A stretch of 64,000 bases of DNA from Methanobacteriota archaeon (GCA_027064425.1 JAMOPO010000027.1:32001-96000), one strand, 5' to 3'. Numbered from the stretch's first letter, positions 36,186 through 48,600 are shown. Made by a program: numbers and translations. Notes: generated from the letters alone by a model not told the origin.

Positions 36186-37514
36186 CGGGGCCCGGGAGCA
36201 CGCGATCGCGGAGGCGCTGTGCGGGGCCCCGGACGAGGACGTGGAGTTGTACGCGTTCATGGGGAACCGTAACCCTGGGCTGATCCGCCTCTCCGAGGAC
36301 TACGAGGTGGGTGACCCGACGGACGTCGACGCGGTGGCCAAGGCGGCGGCTAGGTGGGACGTCGACCTGGCGGTGGTCGGCCCCGAGGACCCGCTGGCCG
36401 AGGGCGTCGCCGACCGCCTGGAGGAGGAGGGCGTCCCGACGTTCGGTCCCAAGCGCGACCCGGCGCGGATCGAGTGGGACAAGGGTTTCGCGCGCCGGCT
36501 GATGAAGAAGTACGGGATCGAGGGTTACCCGGAGTTCGGGGTGTTTGAGGACCCGGACGAGGCCTGCGACTTCATCGACGAGCTGGGCAAGCCGGTGGCT
36601 GTGAAGCCGGCCGGCCTCACGGGCGGTAAGGGCGTCAAGGTGGTGGGTGATCAGCTGAAAAACCTGGAGGAGGCGAAGGAGTACGTCCGCGAGATCTTCG
36701 AGAAAGAGATCGGCGGCATCCCGAAGGTGGTGATCGAGGAGCGGTGCGTGGGCGAGGAGTACACCATCCAGGTGTACACGGACGGTCGGAAGGTGCTCCC
36801 GACGCCCGCCGTGCAGGACCATCCGCACGCCTACGAGGGGGATGAGGGGCCGATCACCGGAGGTATGGGCTCGTACTCCTGCCCGGATGGACTGTTACCG
36901 TTCCTGTCGAGGAAGGAGTACAAGGAGTCCATCCGCATCCTGGAGGAGGCCGTCGAGGCGATTCGGAAGGAGACGGGCGAGCCGTATCGGGGCGTCCTTT
37001 ACGGTCAGTTCATGCTGACGGCGGACGGGCCGGTGCTGATCGAGTTCAACTGCCGGTACGGAGACCCGGAGGCGATGAACATCCTGCCGATCGCGGAGGG
37101 CGACCTGGTCACCCTGCACGCCTCGATCGCGGAGGGCTCGATGGAGGGCGACGTCGAGTTCCTGGAGCGTGCCACGGTGTGCAAGTACGTGGTGCCGGAG
37201 GGCTACCCGGAGTCCTCGGAGGGTGAGGGCGAGCCGATCGAGGTGGACGAGGAGTGCATCCACCGGCTCGACGCCATCCCGTACTACGCGTCCGTGAACC
37301 TGGAGGAGGACGGCACGATCACGATGACCTCCTCGCGGGCGGTCGCGATCGTGGGTATCGGGGAGCGGCTGGAGGAGGCCGAGGAGGCCGCGGAGCGTGC
37401 GATCCGCGAGTGCGTGAGCGGTGAGAAGATCAGGCACCGGTCGGACATCGGCAAGCCCGAGACGGTAAGAGAGAAGGTCCGCCGGATGGAGCGGATCCGG
37501 GGGCGGGGCGGGTC

Positions 37515-37518
<4 letters not shown>
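36163..37518 (+). CDS. purD: Phosphoribosylamine-glycine ligase
   Basis: GSGAREHA, GPEDPL, GGKGV, GPITGGMG, EFNCRYGDPE. Confidence 0.96.
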
Positions 37519-39415
<1,897 letters not shown>

Positions 39416-39434
39416 GCGGCGAGGAGGTGTCCCG

Positions 39435-40832
39435 TTGAGCCGAGAGGAGCTGGTCGCCTACCTGACGGTGGCGCTCACGACCGCGTTCCTCATGTTCACC
39501 GCCCCCACGCTGATGAACTGGTACGACGTCCACTACTTCGAGCAGTGGTTTCGCGCCGCGGCGGCGCATGGGATCCTCAAGGTCTACTCGGTGTGCGAGA
39601 AGGTCCACTACCCGCCTCTGGCCGTGATATACTACGTCGCGGTGCGGGACCTCGTGCACGTCCTGCGCCTGGACACCGACCCCTGGACGTTCCAGTTCTC
39701 CATGAAGGTGCCTTTAGCTCTCTGCTACCTCTTCACCTCGCTGATAATCGTCTGGAGGTTCAAGTGGCCCGTCGCCCAGTGGGGAATCGTGTCGATACCC
39801 ATGGGACTGGTGATTTGGGGGTACCAGTTCGACACCATCATCGCGTTCCTGATGGCTCTATCCGCCGTAAGCGTCCTCGAGAGCAGGCCGGTCGCGGCGG
39901 GCGCGCTCCTGGCCCTGGCCACGAGCTTCAAGTACGTGCCCGCGGTGATGGCGGTCCCGATGGCCCTGGTACTGCGTGCCAGGGGCGGAAGTGTCCAGTC
40001 AACGAGGTTCCTCGCGGCCTTCGCTGGGCTGACCGCCGCCCTCTGGCTGCCGTTCTTCCTCGAGGATCCGGGGGCTTTCTGGCGGCAAGTGTTCCTGTTC
40101 CACATGCTCAGACTGCCGCAGGATCTGACTCCGTTCTACCTGCCATTGGTACTGTCCAGGTGGCACGTTCACCCATGGTTCTTCCTCCTTGGGAAGGTGT
40201 CCGGGGCGATCATGGTCGCGGGATTCGCCGTGATCGCCTGGTGGATGTGGAACAGGCGCGATGGGGTCATCAAAACGCTGATCGACAGGGTAGGGCCCAA
40301 GTTCGCCCTGTGGGGAACCTGCGCTCTGCTTGCCGCCTGGTTCGCCCTAACGACCAAGGTCGGCAACCCGTACTATCTGGCCTGGGTTTACCTCTGGGTG
40401 TTTCCGTTCGCTGGTTGGCTCATACCCGCGTGGCGGGTGGGGCTGATGAACTCGATACCGTTCCTGTTCACCGTTAACAGACTGCCTGCCCCCGTGCTCA
40501 ACGAGAAGGTGTTCGTGGTGGAGGACCTGCGGTGGTACCCCGCCCTCAGCCTGCTCGGGTTCTCGTCCCCCCACGTGCTCGAGAAGGCTCACCAGCTGCG
40601 GAAGGCAGCGCCCAAGCTCATGTGGGTCTGGTACAACCACATGCACCTGACCGAGGCGGCGCTGGTGGCCTGCTACACCATGGTGACCGCCTGGAACCTG
40701 ATCGACATTCTTAGGTGGGTGCGCGATCCGAGAGAGCCGAACGAGCGGCCCGACAACCGACCGATACACCCACTGCTGGTGGCCTTCACGCTGCCCGGGT
40801 TCGCGTTCGCCCTCTACCTGGCGTGGCCTTAG
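39435..40832 (+). CDS. GT-C fold (GT87/PIG-M-like) integral membrane glycosyltransferase
   Basis: TM1-D..YF, YPPLA, QFD, K..P motifs; about 11 TM segments. Confidence 0.65.
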   Translation: MSREELVAYLTVALTTAFLMFTAPTLMNWYDVHYFEQWFRAAAAHGILKVYSVCEKVHYPPLAVIYYVAVRDLVHVLRLDTDPWTFQFSMKVPLALCYLFTSLIIVWRFKWPVAQWGIVSIPMGLVIWGYQFDTIIAFLMALSAVSVLESRPVAAGALLALATSFKYVPAVMAVPMALVLRARGGSVQSTRFLAAFAGLTAALWLPFFLEDPGAFWRQVFLFHMLRLPQDLTPFYLPLVLSRWHVHPWFFLLGKVSGAIMVAGFAVIAWWMWNRRDGVIKTLIDRVGPKFALWGTCALLAAWFALTTKVGNPYYLAWVYLWVFPFAGWLIPAWRVGLMNSIPFLFTVNRLPAPVLNEKVFVVEDLRWYPALSLLGFSSPHVLEKAHQLRKAAPKLMWVWYNHMHLTEAALVACYTMVTAWNLIDILRWVRDPREPNERPDNRPIHPLLVAFTLPGFAFALYLAWP

Positions 40833-42073
40833 GCCCGCTCCACGGTGCAGAAGATGACCTTGAGATACTGGGTGTCCGGGTTGCCGGGGACGACGGGGTG
40901 GCACGGAGGCTGCCCGCGGATGGGCCCGAGCATCCGGAGCCGCAGCCCGCGGCGCCGGGCCGCCTCGGACACGACCCGGATGAAGTCGTCCGGCTCGAGG
41001 AAGTGGCTGCAGGAGCAGGTGACGAACAACCCGCCCTCCTTAACCAGCCCCAGGGCCTTGTAATTCACGTCGAAGTAGGCCCGCTTGCCCCGCTCGATGT
41101 GGTCCCGGGACGTGATGAAGGCGGGCGGGTCAAGGATCACCACGTCGAACTGCTCGTCGCGCCTCTCAAGCTTCTCGAGCAGGGAGAACGCGTCTCCTAC
41201 CAGGAACTTGACCCGGTCCCGGACGTCGTTCAGTGTGGCGTTCTCGTACGCGGCCTGCACGATCCGGTCGAACTTCTCGATCCCGACGACCTCCTCAGCG
41301 CCTCCCACGGCCGCGTGGATGGCGAAGCAGCCCACGTAGGAGAACACGTCCAGCACGCGGTCGCCCTCCTCTACGAGCCGCTGCACCTCGCCGCGGTTGT
41401 CCACCTGGTCGATGTAAAATCCGGTCTTCTGACCTCGCTCGGCGTCCACGTAGAACCGCACGTCGTACTCCGTAACGATCGTGCAGGACTTCTCCTCGCC
41501 GGCGACGGGCCGTTTTCGAACCTCCATCCCCAGCTGGCGGCGCTTCCGGGAGTCGTTTTTCTCGTACAGCGTTTCGACGTCCAGGATCTCCAGCAGCTCC
41601 TCGGCGTGCCGGAGGACGATCTTCTCCATTGCGGGACACGTCGTTTGGAACACGGCCATATCGTTGAACTTGTCGATGATCAGGCCGGGGAGGGCGTCCG
41701 CCTCCGAGAACACGACTCGCATGTGGTTCCGGTGCCGGTCCACGCGCCAGCGTTTCCGCTCCCGGTACCGCTCTCGGATCCGCTCCAGCACGATCTCTTC
41801 GGGGGAGCGGTCCGGGTACTCCCCCTCGGAGTCGAAGATCCGGGCGATGATGCCGGGAGAGCGGCCGCTGCGGATGTCCCGATCCGAGGCCTGGGCGAAG
41901 GCGTGGCCCAGAAACTCCCCGCTACCCGTCTCGATGCGGACGATGTCTCCAGCCTGAAACCTGCCCCTAATCCTTCGGACCGCCGGGGCGAAGACGGACA
42001 GGGCGCCCGACTTGATGGCCTCCCGGGCGCGCTTATCGACGACGATGGTGGGCAGCCGGCTCGTGCTCGTGAT
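40829..42073 (-). CDS. RlmI-like rRNA m5C methyltransferase with PUA domain; non-canonical start
   Basis: SEADALPGLIID, GQKTGFYIDQ, LDVFSYVGCF, DPPAF, TCSCS, YLK; frame stays open 94 codons upstream of the GTG at 41791 and encodes a PUA domain. Confidence 0.85.
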   Translation of the reverse strand: MTSTSRLPTIVVDKRAREAIKSGALSVFAPAVRRIRGRFQAGDIVRIETGSGEFLGHAFAQASDRDIRSGRSPGIIARIFDSEGEYPDRSPEEIVLERIRERYRERKRWRVDRHRNHMRVVFSEADALPGLIIDKFNDMAVFQTTCPAMEKIVLRHAEELLEILDVETLYEKNDSRKRRQLGMEVRKRPVAGEEKSCTIVTEYDVRFYVDAERGQKTGFYIDQVDNRGEVQRLVEEGDRVLDVFSYVGCFAIHAAVGGAEEVVGIEKFDRIVQAAYENATLNDVRDRVKFLVGDAFSLLEKLERRDEQFDVVILDPPAFITSRDHIERGKRAYFDVNYKALGLVKEGGLFVTCSCSHFLEPDDFIRVVSEAARRRGLRLRMLGPIRGQPPCHPVVPGNPDTQYLKVIFCTVERA

Positions 42074-42089
42074 GGTCGCGAGTCCCCCG

Positions 42090-42779
42090 TTACCTGGCGT
42101 ACCTCGTTGGGTCCTTCACACCCGCCTCCCGGAAGGCGCGCCGTCGGTGGTAACAGGACTCGCACTCACCGCAGTGGACGGGCCGGCCATCCTCCCACTC
42201 CGGGTTGTAACAGCTCACGGAGTGTTCCATGGGGGCGTCGAGCTCGTCCCCGAGCTTAACGATACCGGGCTTGTCCAGGTCCGCGAGCGGGCTGTGGAGC
42301 TCGGGCTCTGAGGGGAGCCCGGCCTTCAGGGCCTCGGCCGCGGCCTCGGCGAACTCCTTCGCGTTGTCGGGGAACCGCTCCGCCTCCTCCGCGTTGATCC
42401 CCCAAACGATGTGGAACTCGTCGTCCTCACCCTCCAGGTAGAGCTGGTCGCACAGGGCCGCGGCCACTCCGAGTAGGTTCCAGTTCCTGGCGGGGAGCCA
42501 GTTGGCGGAGAGATCCTCCGGGCCGGCCTCCCGGGGTAGACCGCCGACGAAGAGGGGGTTGTCGGGGCAGAGGCGACGGAGCCAGAACGTTCCGAGCGCC
42601 CGGAACTCAGCGCCGACCGCGTCCGCGATCTTTTCGGCCGCGCGCCGCTCGATGGGGGCGTTCCGCTGGCCGTAGTCAACGAAGAGGCAGATCACCCGGC
42701 CGCTCAACTCCTCGACCGCCCACTTGGAGATGACGCTCGAGTCCAGACCCCCGCCGCAGAGGACGATCGCGGTGGCCAT
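42090..42779 (-). CDS. queC: 7-cyano-7-deazaguanine synthase
   Basis: GGGLDS, DYGQR, PARN, SCY, HCGECESCYHR. Confidence 0.9.
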   Translation of the reverse strand: MATAIVLCGGGLDSSVISKWAVEELSGRVICLFVDYGQRNAPIERRAAEKIADAVGAEFRALGTFWLRRLCPDNPLFVGGLPREAGPEDLSANWLPARNWNLLGVAAALCDQLYLEGEDDEFHIVWGINAEEAERFPDNAKEFAEAAAEALKAGLPSEPELHSPLADLDKPGIVKLGDELDAPMEHSVSCYNPEWEDGRPVHCGECESCYHRRRAFREAGVKDPTRYAR

Positions 42780-42791
42780 GCCGGCCCCCTC

Positions 42792-43463
42792 CTAGCCGTA
42801 GAAGGGCCGCTTCTCCTTGGGCACGATCTTGGTCAGGGAGCGAAGGTCGTCCTTGGTGACCTCGAAGTCGTACTTCTTTACGAGCTCGTAAACCTTCCCG
42901 ATGTCCTCCTCGTCCGGTTCCACGACCTTGGCGTTCTTGCCCAGGTCCTCCACCTCGCCCAGGACGTAGATCTCACCGCGGAGCATGCTCTCGCCGGTGT
43001 AGGAGCCGGCGTCTCCGAGCACCACGATCGTGCCACCCATCATGTACATCCCGGTCATGATCTCGACGTCTCCGCCGATGATTACGGTGCCGTTCTTCAT
43101 GATCTGACCGACGCGGGAGCCCGCGTCACCTCGCACGACTACGGTCCCGCCGTACATTCCCTGTCCCACGCCGTCCCCGGCGTGCCCCTCAATGACGATC
43201 TCTCCCTTGGTGACGTTGTCCCCCGGGTACCAGCCGGCGTTGCCCTTCACCAGGATCCGCGGGCCGTGGATCATCGTGCCGACGTAGTACCCGACGCTGC
43301 CCTCGATGATCACCTCCACCTCCTCGACCAGGCCTGCCGCGATGTAGTGCTTCGCGCCCGGGTTCTTCAGGATGATCCGGTCGTAGTCGGGGGCGTAGGT
43401 CTTCAGCGCGCTGTTGATGTCGCGCGGTTCCTTGCCCTTGCAGTCGATCACCTTCTCCTTCAC
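42792..43463 (-). CDS. Glutamate synthase domain 3 (GXGXG beta-helix) protein
   Basis: Repeated I.GNAG/GDAG...G..M.GG units; GTG start overlaps the upstream stop. Confidence 0.85.
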   Translation of the reverse strand: MKEKVIDCKGKEPRDINSALKTYAPDYDRIILKNPGAKHYIAAGLVEEVEVIIEGSVGYYVGTMIHGPRILVKGNAGWYPGDNVTKGEIVIEGHAGDGVGQGMYGGTVVVRGDAGSRVGQIMKNGTVIIGGDVEIMTGMYMMGGTIVVLGDAGSYTGESMLRGEIYVLGEVEDLGKNAKVVEPDEEDIGKVYELVKKYDFEVTKDDLRSLTKIVPKEKRPFYG

Positions 43464-44404
43464 CGACGACCCCCCACCTCGAAGACCTCGTACTCCCCGG
43501 GCTCGATCTGGCTGATGCCCTCGATCTCCTCCCCGAAGATCCGGCGCAGGGCGACCTCCTCGGACGAGATGCCGATCGTGCCGTCCTTGCCGTACCCGAT
43601 GACGCCCGGTCTCAGGCCGAGCGGGTCCCGAGCGACGGCGATGGCGTCCGGGGTGCTGATGATGAAGCAGAACGGGCCGTCCAGCTCCCGGATGGCCTCC
43701 TCCATCGCCTCCTCGAGCGAGTAGCCGTTCATGAGCTTGTCCGCGATGTAAACCACGATGCACTCCGAATCGTTGTCAGTCTTGAACTTGTAGCCTTTCA
43801 TCTCCAGGAGCTCTCGAATGGAGTAGTAATTGGTGATCTGGCCGTTGTGCACCACGGCGATGTTCGGGACGAGGTAGCTCTGGAACGGGTGCGCGTGGTA
43901 CCGGTCGACCACGGACTCCGTGGAGAAGCGCACGTGCCCGATCCCGTGCGTGCCCGTGAGATCCTCCACCCCGTACTGCGACGAGACCTCCACCGCCTTG
44001 CCAACGTCCTTGAGGATCTCGAACCCCTGACCCGCGCTGAGCACGGTGATGCCGGCCTCGTCCTCGATCTTGCGGGTCACCTCGGCGAGCTCCCGCTGCC
44101 CCTCCTCGCCCGCCGGGATGCCCTTCACGAAGACGCGGTAGACGACGGTGCCGCCGTCCTCGGTCAGCCGCTCGACCTTGGTCACCTTGCGGTCCGGCCC
44201 GAGGCAGTGTTCCACGCTGGAGAGCAGGTCTCGCTCCTCATCGGCGGACAGCTCCAGCACCAGGATCGTGGAGTCCGTGTCCCGGTAAATACCGTAGCCG
44301 GCCGAGTCGGGCCCCCTGTGCTGCATTGCATCGAGCATCTCGGTCAGCAGGTGGCCCACCGAGCCCGGCTCGGGCAGGACTATCCCGGCGATCCCGCACG
44401 TCAA
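43460..44404 (-). CDS. Class II glutamine amidotransferase (glutamate synthase domain 1 / GlxB-like)
   Basis: CGIAG, HRGPDSAG, GHVRFSTES, AHPF, HNGQITNY, RDPLGLRP. Confidence 0.88.
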   Translation of the reverse strand: MTCGIAGIVLPEPGSVGHLLTEMLDAMQHRGPDSAGYGIYRDTDSTILVLELSADEERDLLSSVEHCLGPDRKVTKVERLTEDGGTVVYRVFVKGIPAGEEGQRELAEVTRKIEDEAGITVLSAGQGFEILKDVGKAVEVSSQYGVEDLTGTHGIGHVRFSTESVVDRYHAHPFQSYLVPNIAVVHNGQITNYYSIRELLEMKGYKFKTDNDSECIVVYIADKLMNGYSLEEAMEEAIRELDGPFCFIISTPDAIAVARDPLGLRPGVIGYGKDGTIGISSEEVALRRIFGEEIEGISQIEPGEYEVFEVGGRR

Positions 44405-44419
44405 CCCCGCTCACTCCCG

Positions 44420-45031
44420 TCACACCTTTTCCAGGAAGTAAGCGTGGAGGCGGTGATCGTCCGTCAGCTCCGGGTGGAACGCGGTGGCCAGCAGGTGGTC
44501 CTGCTCCACGGCGACGATGTAGTCACCGTACTCGGCCAGCACGTCCACGTCGTCGGACAGGACCTTGTCCACGGCGGGCGCGCGAATGAACACGGCCCGG
44601 AACTCGCCTCCCTCCAGCCCCTTGATCTCCAGGTCGACCTCGAAGGACTCCCGCTGCCGTCCGAACGCGTTCCTCACCACGCGGACGTCCATCAGGCCCA
44701 GCAGGGGCTGCTCGATGTCCACCTTAGTCCCGGGGTGCGCCTGCGGCACGACCTCCCGGGCCAGCAGCACCATGCCCGCGCACGTTCCCATGATCGGGAC
44801 CTCGGACTCCGCGAGCTCCAGCAGCGGCTTGACGAGCCCGTGCCGCTCCATCAGCTTGCCGATGGTCGTGCTCTCCCCACCCGGTAGTACGACCGCGTCC
44901 ACCCCCTCGAGGTCCTCAGGGTACCGGGCCCAGACCACCTCAACGTCCTCGCCCAGCTCCTCGCCCGCGCGCTCGAGCGCCCACTCATGCTCCTCCACGT
45001 CACCCTGCACGGCTATCACGGCCACCTTCAC
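44420..45031 (-). CDS. pdxT: Pyridoxal 5'-phosphate synthase glutaminase subunit
   Basis: AVQGDVEEH, PGGESTT, GTCAG, RNAFGRQRESF, FIRAP, FHPEL. Confidence 0.96.
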   Translation of the reverse strand: MKVAVIAVQGDVEEHEWALERAGEELGEDVEVVWARYPEDLEGVDAVVLPGGESTTIGKLMERHGLVKPLLELAESEVPIMGTCAGMVLLAREVVPQAHPGTKVDIEQPLLGLMDVRVVRNAFGRQRESFEVDLEIKGLEGGEFRAVFIRAPAVDKVLSDDVDVLAEYGDYIVAVEQDHLLATAFHPELTDDHRLHAYFLEKV

Positions 45032-45043
45032 GGCGACACCCCC

Positions 45044-45994
45044 CTAGATCTCGCTCAACTTACCCCCCACTCGACGGTAGTACCGTGAGCCGCGAGCGCG
45101 CAGCGGCCCGGTCACGGCCTCGTCGCTCAACCTGCCGCTGCGGATCACCACGTCGCGACCGTAGCGCTTGGGACAGTCTAAAATGCACGCGACGACGCGC
45201 TCGTGCTCCTCCAGCAGGAGCTCCCGCACGCGATCCACCACCCGCTCGGGAGGGTTCTTTGAGGAGGCCGCGACCCCGTAGAATTTCACGTTTTCCACCT
45301 CGAACTCCCCCCACTCGACCTCGCCACGAAACCTCCCCAGCGCGCGCATGAGCCGCTCCATCAGGGAGCGGTCCCACGTGATCGCGCTGAGGTTGACGCC
45401 GCGGGACTCCACCGCCCCGACGGTCTCCCACCCGGTATCCTCGCCCCGCGTGACCGCCCGGACCTGCGCGATCGTTTCCTCCCCACCCACGAACGCGTTC
45501 CCGCTGATCCGCACCACCTCACCGGAGTACTCCGCGGGCCGACCCATCACCACGGTGTAATCGTCCACGTCCTCCTCCACCACCGAGCCCGCCCCCACGA
45601 CCGCGCCGTCGCCCACGCGCACGCCGCCGTAGATGACCACCCGCATGCCGATGAAGCAGTCGTACCCCAGGACCGCCCGCTCCCCGCCCACCACGCCGAC
45701 CAGCGACCCGTCCCCGATGAACGCGTCGTTCCCCACCTCCGCTCGCACCACCGAGAACGGGGAGATGCTGGCGCGCTCGCCCACGTCGGAGTCGAACACG
45801 CGGCAGAACCCGTAGATGGCGGCCTTCCGCCGGATGACCACGCCCGGCCCGATCTCCGCGTACGCGCCGATCTCCGCGGTCACGTCGGCCAGATTGTCGC
45901 CTATGATCCGGACGCCCTCGTCCAGGATCGCCGGGTGACGGTACTTGTCGTCCTCCCGCAGGGGCCGCAGTCGCTCCCGCTTATCCCTCCTCAT
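45044..45994 (-). CDS. Hexapeptide-repeat (left-handed beta-helix) acyltransferase-like protein with extra C-terminal domain
   Basis: Hexapeptide repeats; [16 protein letters not shown]...GRPA. Confidence 0.7.
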   Translation of the reverse strand: MRRDKRERLRPLREDDKYRHPAILDEGVRIIGDNLADVTAEIGAYAEIGPGVVIRRKAAIYGFCRVFDSDVGERASISPFSVVRAEVGNDAFIGDGSLVGVVGGERAVLGYDCFIGMRVVIYGGVRVGDGAVVGAGSVVEEDVDDYTVVMGRPAEYSGEVVRISGNAFVGGEETIAQVRAVTRGEDTGWETVGAVESRGVNLSAITWDRSLMERLMRALGRFRGEVEWGEFEVENVKFYGVAASSKNPPERVVDRVRELLLEEHERVVACILDCPKRYGRDVVIRSGRLSDEAVTGPLRARGSRYYRRVGGKLSEI

Positions 45995-46577
45995 CCCCCT
46001 CTCCCTCCCGGTACTGCAGGTACCTCTCGATCACGCGCTGGGCCTCCTCGTCCTCCAGCCAGTCCACGTCGTCACCCTCCCGGGACTCCACGGCCTCGAG
46101 CACCCGCTCCGCCACCTCGTCCTCGTCCAGCCCCGTCACGTCCAGCTGGACCACATCCTTCGGCGGCCGCATGGGGTGCCCGCCGGACCTCACCTCCACC
46201 GCCTCCCCGTAGCAAACTCCCACGAACTCCGCCTCCAGGTTCTCCGCGATCTTGCGCGGGGAGTAGCCCTTCTTCTTCAGCCGCCGCTCGAGCTCCCGGG
46301 GGTGCAGCCGCAGCACGATCACCAGGTCCACCGGCATGAGGTGGGCGTAGTGCGACTCGACGAACGCCGGATCGGACTCCGGCTCCCACTCCTCCACGTA
46401 CCGCTCCAGCGCGTGCAGGTCCACCACGCGCGCCTGACGCTCCTCGTCCTCCTCCAGCAGCGCGTCGATCTCCCTCGCCACCCGGTTGAGATGCAGCACA
46501 TCGTACCCCCTGCGCCGCAGCACCTTGCCCACGGTCGTCTTGCCGACCCCGGGAGTTCCCGTGATCGCCACCTTCAC
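45981..46577 (-). CDS. Adenylate kinase, AK6/Fap7 family
   Basis: [19 protein letters not shown]...KI.EN.EAE. Confidence 0.9.
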   Translation of the reverse strand: MKVAITGTPGVGKTTVGKVLRRRGYDVLHLNRVAREIDALLEEDEERQARVVDLHALERYVEEWEPESDPAFVESHYAHLMPVDLVIVLRLHPRELERRLKKKGYSPRKIAENLEAEFVGVCYGEAVEVRSGGHPMRPPKDVVQLDVTGLDEDEVAERVLEAVESREGDDVDWLEDEEAQRVIERYLQYREGEGDEEG

Positions 46578-46601
46578 GGCGGGCTCGCCCCTTGCGCGGC
46601 T

Positions 46602-47567
46602 CTACCGGTACACCTCCACGCGAAGGCCCTCGTCCCGGAGGATCCGCCTAGCCCGCGCGAGCCCGCCTTCACCCACGGCCTCGGCCCGTCCCCTCGCGGG
46701 CGGTCTCGAAACCGTGTTCAGCTGCACCTCCCGAACCCCCAGCCCGGACAGTAAGCCCGCCAGCTCCCGCAGGTGGTCTGGGCCCGCGTTGGTAACGTCG
46801 CCCACCCGGCAGAGCAGCACCTCCACCGTGACGTCCTCCGAGACCGCCTCCAGCTGCTCCACCAGGTGGTCCAGGGACAGGTCGGGGTGCGGCCGGTTAA
46901 TCCGACGGTACAGATCCTCCCGGGCGCAATCCAAGCTGGCGATGATTCGGTCCAGCTCGGCGGGACACTCCGAGACCCAGGTGGAGTTGGTCAGGATGAC
47001 CAGCTCGGCGCCGGCCCGCTCCACCAGTGGGGCGATTTCCTCCACGACCTCCTCCAAGTTGGCGCACAGGGTCGGCTCCCCCACGCCCGCGAGCGTGACG
47101 GCGTCCGGCCGGCAGTCCCCGAGCGCGGTCCGCAACTCCTCAGCGAGCGTGGTCGGGTCGATCTCAAACCGCTCCTCCGGGGACACGCGCCGCGGGACGC
47201 CGACGCTGCAGTACTCGCAGTCCTGGGTGCACACGCCGCGGGGCAGATCGATGCCTAGGGACTGACCCAGCCGGCGTGAGGGTACGGGCCCGTACACCAG
47301 CGGGCGCCGGGGCGCGCTCTCCAGGGACTCCACCTCCACCTCGACGCCCAGCTTGCGGGCGAGCTTCACCAGGGTGCGGGCGGCGGAGTCCTCACCGCGC
47401 CCCGTGATCCGCAGCTCTCCGGAGTCTCGATCGACCTCGACCTGCTGTCCCGCGGGAGAAACCGCCACCATCCGAGACCCTTGCTCGCGGACCCTCCAGC
47501 CGAGCTCACGCAGCCCCCGCATGAGCCGATCCGGATCCCGGGTTCGACCCGTGAGCACGGTGCTCAC
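46602..47567 (-). CDS. Radical SAM protein with extra N-terminal domain
   Basis: YGPVPSRRLGQSLGID, CTQDCEYC, GEPTL, NTVSRPP. Confidence 0.85.
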   Translation of the reverse strand: MSTVLTGRTRDPDRLMRGLRELGWRVREQGSRMVAVSPAGQQVEVDRDSGELRITGRGEDSAARTLVKLARKLGVEVEVESLESAPRRPLVYGPVPSRRLGQSLGIDLPRGVCTQDCEYCSVGVPRRVSPEERFEIDPTTLAEELRTALGDCRPDAVTLAGVGEPTLCANLEEVVEEIAPLVERAGAELVILTNSTWVSECPAELDRIIASLDCAREDLYRRINRPHPDLSLDHLVEQLEAVSEDVTVEVLLCRVGDVTNAGPDHLRELAGLLSGLGVREVQLNTVSRPPARGRAEAVGEGGLARARRILRDEGLRVEVYR

Positions 47568-48265
47568 TCCCGAAGCGCCTCGATCAGGTCCTCAACCTCG
47601 CCCGACCCCAGGAACTCGAACGCGTCGGGATGCTCCCGGCCCAGCTCCCGGTAAACCGTGGCAAAGTCCTCGTTCCGGACGACGTCTTCGAGCACGATCA
47701 CGCGCCGGAGGTTGGGGACGTGCTTCCTGATCGTGTATTTAAACCGCTCCCGCGGGCGACCCCTCAGCTTACGGACCGGATTGTGGGCGACGATCAGGTA
47801 GTCCGGGTCCATGTGCGTGAATATCGAGGACATCTGCGCGCGGATCCCGAAGTCGATTCCCGCCTCCATCCCGCACCTGAGGTTGAAGTACGTGTCGTCG
47901 ACGGGCGTCCCCACGGCGACGAACCGCAGGTCCTCACGCAGCTCGTCGACCACGCGCTCCAGGCACTCTGCCGCCCGGTACAGGACCTCGTGGTTGCGGC
48001 GGTCGGTGAGAAAGCACACGGCCACGGCCACCTCAGGACGCCCCGCCGTCAGGTTCCCCCCGCGGCGGCAGCGATCGCAGTACGGGCCGGTGCCGTTCAC
48101 GTAGGGACCCTCCTCCAGCTCCTCTCCCCGGAGGTCGTTGCACCGGGTGCAGTTGCAGTGCGACAGCGGGATCCTGATCAACCGCCCGCAGCCGGCGCAC
48201 CTCCGGATCTTGAAGGAGCCCAAATCCCGAGGGTCGGGCGGGTTCCTGGCGGTCACCAGAGACAA
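47564..48265 (-). CDS. Hypothetical protein with Cys-rich (zinc-binding) N-terminus
   Basis: CAGC...HCNCTRC...CDRC; TTG start at 48265 after a G-rich RBS. Confidence 0.6.
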   Translation of the reverse strand: MSLVTARNPPDPRDLGSFKIRRCAGCGRLIRIPLSHCNCTRCNDLRGEELEEGPYVNGTGPYCDRCRRGGNLTAGRPEVAVAVCFLTDRRNHEVLYRAAECLERVVDELREDLRFVAVGTPVDDTYFNLRCGMEAGIDFGIRAQMSSIFTHMDPDYLIVAHNPVRKLRGRPRERFKYTIRKHVPNLRRVIVLEDVVRNEDFATVYRELGREHPDAFEFLGSGEVEDLIEALRE

Positions 48266-48600
48266 TTCCCGCCCCCCCCGGTTAGCCGGATCAAGGACGC
48301 CCGAGAGATGAGAACGCGCGGCTAGGGGGCGCCCAGCGGGCCCACCACGAGCCGTGATCGGGCGAGTGCTCGGGGCGAGGGGACGGGTCATTCAGGCTCC
48401 ACGCACGGGCTTCGGGAGATCAGCGGTCGCCGCGCCGCTCGCCGCTTCTCACCGAGCACGCGGCACGCGGAGCGTGGGATGAGCCGTCGACCCCCGGCGC
48501 GATCCACCGGCTCCGCCTCCGAGGCCCGCGCCACGCCTCGAGAGGAGTGATCGGGCGGGTGGAGCGGTCGGGCGCACGACCTTTTTCCGGCCCGAGAGCC

